From contig JALSSO010000135.1 of NCBI GenBank assembly GCA_026984215.1, positions 4,584 to 68,583 on the forward strand: a stretch of 64,000 nt of DNA, given 5' to 3'. The notes beneath the pieces are model-generated. The model was not told the origin of the DNA, searched no databases, and was given only the letters and a program-made list of their open reading frames with translations. The translations under genes were made by a program, and so were the position numbers. The DNA comes from Gammaproteobacteria bacterium. Its GTDB lineage: Bacteria; Pseudomonadota; Gammaproteobacteria; JAJDOJ01. Every line of letters starts with the position of its first letter. Position 1 is the stretch's first letter. Positions 59,536-64,000 of this stretch are shown one piece after another.

Positions 59536-60680
59536 GCCGACGCTCGTGCCGTGGCCTCGGGCGCATCACCGGGGCCGGAGTCGGTGTGCAAGTGCACGGT
59601 GCGCGTGGGGAAGGCGATCTCCGCCCCGTGCGACTCGATGATCCGGGCGATCTTGAGCAACACATCCTGCTGGATCTTCTGGAACGGCACCCACTGTGTG
59701 GTCCGCGTGAAGGTGTAGACCAGGATATCGCAGGACGAAGGGCCGAATTCGACGAAACTCACGAAGGTGGTCTGGCGCTGATCGATGTCGGGATGGGCCT
59801 TCAGCATGGCCTCGATCTCATCCACGATGGCCTGCAGTTTGTCGATGTCGTCGTAGCGGATGCCCACGGTGCACTTGATCCGCCGATTGGTCATGCGCGA
59901 GGCGTTGACCACGGCGATACTGGTGAACACCGAGTTGGGCACATAGATCGGACGCTTGTCGAAACGGCGGATACGGGTCAGGCGCCAGCCGATGGATTCC
60001 ACCGTGCCCTCGATGTCCTTGTCCGGCGAATAGATCCAATCACCGGTGACAAAGGGGCGATCGAGGTAAATCATGAAGGCGCCGAAGAAGTTCGCCAGCA
60101 GATCCTTGGCGGCGAAGCCCACCGCGATGCCGCCGATACCGCCGAAGGCCAGCACGCCCGAGACACTGTAGCCCAGGCTCTGGAGCATCACCAGGGCGGC
60201 GGTGATGACCACCGAGACGCGCAGCAGCTTGCCGATGGCCTCCACCGTGGCGTGGTCCAGGGTCGTCTCGCCGCGCCGGGCCCGCTCCACGTAGGTCTGC
60301 TCGAAATTGCTCACGAGCCGGATGAGGAACCAGGCCAGGCAGCCCACCACGCCGATGGTGCGTACCGTGGGTCCCGCCCTGAACAAAGCCACACCGGTCT
60401 CGTCGCGGGCGATCTCGGCGGCAAACGAGACGCCGACGATCCACACCAGCCAGCGCAAGGGGCGGCGCAGGGCCGCCACCACTGCGTCGTCGATACGGTT
60501 CCTGGAGCGCCGCAGCTCGCGCTCCAGACGGGCCAGGATCCGCCCCAACACCAGGGCCACCAACGCGGTGAGCAGGACCACCACGAACACCTGGGCGATC
60601 CATCCGGCTTGGCCGCCCAGATGCAAGCCCGCCCGGCCCAGCCAATCCGAGATCCAAGCCCGCAGCGCGTCGCTGCTCAT
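59532..60680 (-). CDS. mechanosensitive ion channel protein (MscS family)
   Basis: Three or four TM helices, followed by the conserved MscS beta-domain (GDWIYSPDKDIEGTVESIGWRLTRIRRFDKRPIYVPNS). ATG 60680 lies inside the longer track ORF. Confidence 0.85.
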   Translation of the reverse strand: MSSDALRAWISDWLGRAGLHLGGQAGWIAQVFVVVLLTALVALVLGRILARLERELRRSRNRIDDAVVAALRRPLRWLVWIVGVSFAAEIARDETGVALFRAGPTVRTIGVVGCLAWFLIRLVSNFEQTYVERARRGETTLDHATVEAIGKLLRVSVVITAALVMLQSLGYSVSGVLAFGGIGGIAVGFAAKDLLANFFGAFMIYLDRPFVTGDWIYSPDKDIEGTVESIGWRLTRIRRFDKRPIYVPNSVFTSIAVVNASRMTNRRIKCTVGIRYDDIDKLQAIVDEIEAMLKAHPDIDQRQTTFVSFVEFGPSSCDILVYTFTRTTQWVPFQKIQQDVLLKIARIIESHGAEIAFPTRTVHLHTDSGPGDAPEATARASA

Positions 60681-61717
60681 GACACGCCGGCCTCCTCGCA
60701 CAGCGAGCCGGCCAAGTGGACCGCTCGGTGCCAGCGCTCCGCGCAGCGCAGCGCGCGCCGGTCGACGCCGGCATGGCCGTGCATGCGCGCCAAGCGCAGT
60801 TGGGAGGCGGGCTCCTCGTACCCGGCCACGGCCTCGACCACGGCCCATGCCGCCTGCCGGTCGTTGCACACCAGCACCATGTCACAGCCCGCGGCCAGGG
60901 CCTTCTGCGCGCGCCCCCCCGGATCGCCCGCCACCTGTGCCGCCGCCATGGACAGATCGTCGCTGAACACAGCCCCTTCGAATCCCCACCGGCGCCGCAG
61001 GACGGCATGCAGCCAGTAGGCCGAAAACCCCACCGGCAGCGCATCCACCGCCGCGAACACCACGTGGGCGGGCATGACGGCCGCCAGCCCGTAGCCGATC
61101 ATGCGCTCGAACGGCAGCCCATCTTCGGCCAGCACATCCACCTCGGGGCGCTCATCCACCGGCAGACTCGTGTGCGAGTCCGCGGCCACCGCCCCGTGAC
61201 CGGGAAAATGCTTGCCCACCGCCTCCATGCCCGCCTCACGCATGCCGAGCAGATACTGGTGGGCCAGATCGGCCACCACTTCCGGGTCATGGTGAAAGGC
61301 GCGATCCCCGATCACGGCGCTCACGCCTCGATCCAGGTCCAGTACCGGTGCAAAGCTGAAATCCACCCCCACCGACTTGAGCTCGGCCGCCATCAGCCAG
61401 CCGAGCTCACGGGCCGCGCCTCGGGCCCAGTGTCGGTCGCGATCCCAGTGTCGACCCAGAGCGGCTGCGGGGGGCAAGCGTGTGAAACCCACACGGAAAC
61501 GCTGCACGCGCCCCCCCTCCTGATCCACCGCCACCAGCAACCGCGGGTGGCGCAGGGCGTGGATCTCGGCCACCAGGGCCCGGATCTGCTCCGGTGACTG
61601 GTAGTTGCGGGCAAACAGAATGACGCCGCCCACCTCGGGGCGCTGAAGCAGCTCGCGATCCTCCACGTCCAACGTGGGGCCGCCCAGGTCCACCATGACC
61701 GGACCCAAACGAGTCAT
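60677..61717 (-). CDS. nagZ: beta-N-acetylhexosaminidase NagZ (GH3)
   Basis: MVDLGGPTLDVEDRELLQRPEVGGVILFARNY... and the catalytic region KHFPGHG are present. ATG 61717. Confidence 0.9.
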   Translation of the reverse strand: MTRLGPVMVDLGGPTLDVEDRELLQRPEVGGVILFARNYQSPEQIRALVAEIHALRHPRLLVAVDQEGGRVQRFRVGFTRLPPAAALGRHWDRDRHWARGAARELGWLMAAELKSVGVDFSFAPVLDLDRGVSAVIGDRAFHHDPEVVADLAHQYLLGMREAGMEAVGKHFPGHGAVAADSHTSLPVDERPEVDVLAEDGLPFERMIGYGLAAVMPAHVVFAAVDALPVGFSAYWLHAVLRRRWGFEGAVFSDDLSMAAAQVAGDPGGRAQKALAAGCDMVLVCNDRQAAWAVVEAVAGYEEPASQLRLARMHGHAGVDRRALRCAERWHRAVHLAGSLCEEAGVS

Positions 61718-62173
61718 GCCGCTTGCACCCTCGCGGTCGCGCTCGGGGACAGAAAGAAGGGGCGCCGGGAGCCGACGCCCCAATCAGGGGAGGAGCCGAA
61801 ATGAAGAAGACCGATCGGATTGCAGCTGGCGTCGCGGCCGCCCCCGAGGCGACCCTTGCGGTTCCAGCCGGCATACGGCCAGTCACTTGGATAGACCGGC
61901 GCCCGGTCCGGAAGTTTCACCCGCCAGTGCTGGCCACGCGGCCGCCCGCCGGGCGGCCATGCACGACGGACCAACGGCGTCGGACGCCGCACGTCCCTGC
62001 ATCGCAGGCCAACGCTGGCGAACATCGGGTAGGGTTTCACGGTGCGCGCAGTGTACCGGAACCACCCGCGCCCCCGGAAGGCGCCGCCACTCAACCGTGC
62101 CCACTCGGGCGGCGGAAGGCTAAACTTGAGACAAGCCCGGCACACTTGCCGTGATCGAGGAGAGCCCCCGAAG

Positions 62174-63172
62174 ATGACCCTGCGGACCCCCGTTCGCGTC
62201 GCGCTGACCGGCGCCGCCGGCAACATCGGCTATGCCCTGGCCTTCCGCATCGCCGCGGGGGATCTGCTGGGTTCCCGGCAGCCGGTGATCCTGCACCTGA
62301 TCGAAGTGGAGGCGGCCCGCAGGCCGTTGGACGCGCTGGTGATGGAGCTCGACGATTGCGCCGCGCCGCTGCTCCACGACATCGTCGCCACCACCGACCT
62401 GGACGAAGGCTTCGGTGACGTGGACTGGGCATTGCTGGTCGGTGCCCGACCGCGGCGCCAGGGGATGGAGCGCAGCGATCTGCTGCGGGTCAACGCCCGG
62501 ATCTTCGCCACCCAGGGACAGGCCCTGGAACGCGCCGCCAAGCGTCAGGTGCGGGTCGTGGTGGTGGGCAACCCGGCCAACACCAACGCCCTGATCGCCC
62601 TGTCCCATGCGCCCCATCTCAATCCGCACCACTTTTCCGCCATGACCCGACTGGATCACAACCGCGCCGTGAGCCTGCTGGCCCGGCACACCGGCCATCA
62701 TGCCCACCAGGTGCGCGGGGTGACGATCTGGGGCAACCACTCCACCACGCAGTATCCCGACCTACACCACGCCACGGTGGCCGGGCGCCCGGCCCTGGAA
62801 CTCGTGGAGTGGGCGTGGTACACGCAGACCTTCATCCCGGAGGTACAGCAGCGCGGCGCCAAGGTCATCGAGATGCGGGGCGCCTCCTCGGCCGGCTCGG
62901 CGGCCAACGCGCTCATCGATCACGTCCAGACCTGGGCCTACGGGACGCCTCACGACGATTGGACCAGCATGGCGGTGCTGGCCGAGGGCAGCTACGGCAT
63001 CGCCGGAGGCGTGTTCTACTCCTTCCCGGTGACCTGCGCCCTGGGTGAATACGAGCTGGTGCGCGGGCTCGAGATCTCCTCCTTCAGCCGGGAGCGCATG
63101 GAGGCGACCGACCGCGAGCTGCGCCGGGAACGCGATCAGGTGCGCGATCTCCTGGGGCCGGCGCTGGGGTGA
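62174..63172 (+). CDS. mdh: malate dehydrogenase (LDH-like MDH type)
   Basis: [27 protein letters not shown] Rossmann motif. The catalytic [11 protein letters not shown]...H region is present. ATG 62174. Confidence 0.9.
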   Translation: MTLRTPVRVALTGAAGNIGYALAFRIAAGDLLGSRQPVILHLIEVEAARRPLDALVMELDDCAAPLLHDIVATTDLDEGFGDVDWALLVGARPRRQGMERSDLLRVNARIFATQGQALERAAKRQVRVVVVGNPANTNALIALSHAPHLNPHHFSAMTRLDHNRAVSLLARHTGHHAHQVRGVTIWGNHSTTQYPDLHHATVAGRPALELVEWAWYTQTFIPEVQQRGAKVIEMRGASSAGSAANALIDHVQTWAYGTPHDDWTSMAVLAEGSYGIAGGVFYSFPVTCALGEYELVRGLEISSFSRERMEATDRELRRERDQVRDLLGPALG

Positions 63173-63187
63173 ACGCCGACGCAGGCG

Positions 63188-64000
63188 CTACTCGAACAGC
63201 TCCTGCTCCAGTTCACGATAGACGAAGTTGGCGTTCAAGCGGTGGTTGAGCCTGTAGAGGCGGACATTGCGCCACTCGGGCAAGTCCGCCGCGTCCACCG
63301 CCTCCTGCAAGTCGAGACCCTCTTCCACGGCCGCGGCCATCTTGGCGCGCAGGGCTTCGATGTAGGCCCGGGTTCTGGCCACCATGGGGAAAGGGGCGGT
63401 CTGGGCGCTGCCGTGGCCCGGCACCATGAGCTTGACGTCGCCCAGCTCCCGCATGAGCCAGTCGAGGTTCTCCAACATCTCGCGGGTGTGCCCGTCGCCC
63501 ATGAAGGTGACCCGGCCGTTGAAGGCCAGGTCCGAGACCCAGGCGATGTCCGCCTTTTGCTGGTGGACGACGAGATCGCCGTGGGAGTGGTGCGTTCCGG
63601 TGTTGTAGATGCGGAAGACCTCTTCTCCCACCCGCAGTTCCAGCCAACCGTAGCGCGGCCCGCCGATCAGGATGTCCGGCACGATGGCCTGAAACCGCCC
63701 CTGGGCGTCGGCGCGCATGTCCCCGGGGATGAAGGCCTTGCGGTAGGCCACCGAGCGCTCGATGCGCTCGGAGCGCACATAGCCCTCGGTGCCCTCGTGC
63801 GAGACGATGTGGATGCCCGGAAGGTCGGCGAAGGCCACCGCCCCGTAGAAGTGGTCGGGGTGGGCGTGCGTGATGATCAGATAAAGAATGGGCTTGTCCG
63901 TCTTGGAGCGGATCGTGGCGATCATGCGCCGCCCGAGCCGCGGGGTGCCGAGGGCGTCGATCACCACCACGCCTTCGTCGGTGACGACGAACCCGGCGTT
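63188..64000 (-). CDS. MBL-fold metallo-hydrolase (partial; continues beyond the window end)
   Basis: HxHxDH motif (ITHAHPDHFYG). Further His/Asp ligands are present. The ORF runs to the window edge. Confidence 0.75.
   Translation of the reverse strand, partial: NAGFVVTDEGVVVIDALGTPRLGRRMIATIRSKTDKPILYLIITHAHPDHFYGAVAFADLPGIHIVSHEGTEGYVRSERIERSVAYRKAFIPGDMRADAQGRFQAIVPDILIGGPRYGWLELRVGEEVFRIYNTGTHHSHGDLVVHQQKADIAWVSDLAFNGRVTFMGDGHTREMLENLDWLMRELGDVKLMVPGHGSAQTAPFPMVARTRAYIEALRAKMAAAVEEGLDLQEAVDAADLPEWRNVRLYRLNHRLNANFVYRELEQELFE

Noticed and set aside
61723-62154. 143-aa ORF in the nagZ-mdh intergenic region
   Set aside because: It is low complexity (Pro/Ala/Arg) with no RBS and no family signal. 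The region is kept as unexplained non-coding DNA.

Overview
This is a high-GC (roughly 65-70%) bacterial chromosomal window, densely coding on both strands. Many long ORFs in the six-frame track are antisense artefacts of the GC bias. The gene content and synteny point to a gammaproteobacterium: recA-recX-alaS-lysC-csrA-tRNA-Ser and mutS-fdxA blocks, as in Pseudomonas/Chromatiales-type genomes.

From start to end the window contains:
- An envelope quality-control block (1-10.4 kb): TlpA-like thioredoxin, tandem OmpW-like outer membrane protein, TrkA-C-gated permease, NhaD-type antiporter, DegP/DegQ protease, an FtsH paralog, and an ECF sigma/anti-sigma pair.
- A lipoprotein lipase, GGCT and kdsB (10.5-13.9 kb).
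- A moeB neighbourhood whose MoaD is fused to DUF971 and lacks the terminal Gly-Gly (14-16.3 kb).
- An exopolysaccharide locus of visibly lower GC (16.3-25.2 kb): sulfotransferase, Wzm/Wzt ABC exporter, split Wzc (chain-length determinant plus BY-kinase, PEP-CTERM-locus EpsF/EpsG-like), an outer membrane beta-barrel, and UDP-glucuronate epimerase.
- A compact htpG-ycgN-hslR-nudix heat-shock operon and plsC (25.2-29.3 kb).
- A yejABEF peptide ABC importer with a coupled DUF389 gene (29.3-35.8 kb).
- A DUF4332 gene, then tRNA-Ser(GCU) with an intrinsic terminator and an att-like direct repeat of its 3' end (35.9-36.8 kb).
- csrA, lysC, alaS, recX, recA, a 2'-5' RNA ligase, an octaheme c-type cytochrome, pncC/cinA, mutS and a 7Fe ferredoxin fdxA (37-49.3 kb). 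fdxA is not in the supplied ORF track.
- The MoxR-DUF58-TgpA triad (49.5-53.5 kb).
- A solitary iscR with an operator palindrome (53.4-53.9 kb).
- A cobalamin-riboswitch-controlled btuB-lipoprotein-pduO operon (54-58.1 kb).
- mtnP, hpt, mscS, nagZ, mdh and a partial MBL-fold hydrolase (58.2-64 kb).

No CRISPR array, transposase or integrase was found.

I found the track's first 'M' is often GTG or TTG, so I chose starts by homology, signal peptides and RBS context. Expect 1-3 nt uncertainty in starts.
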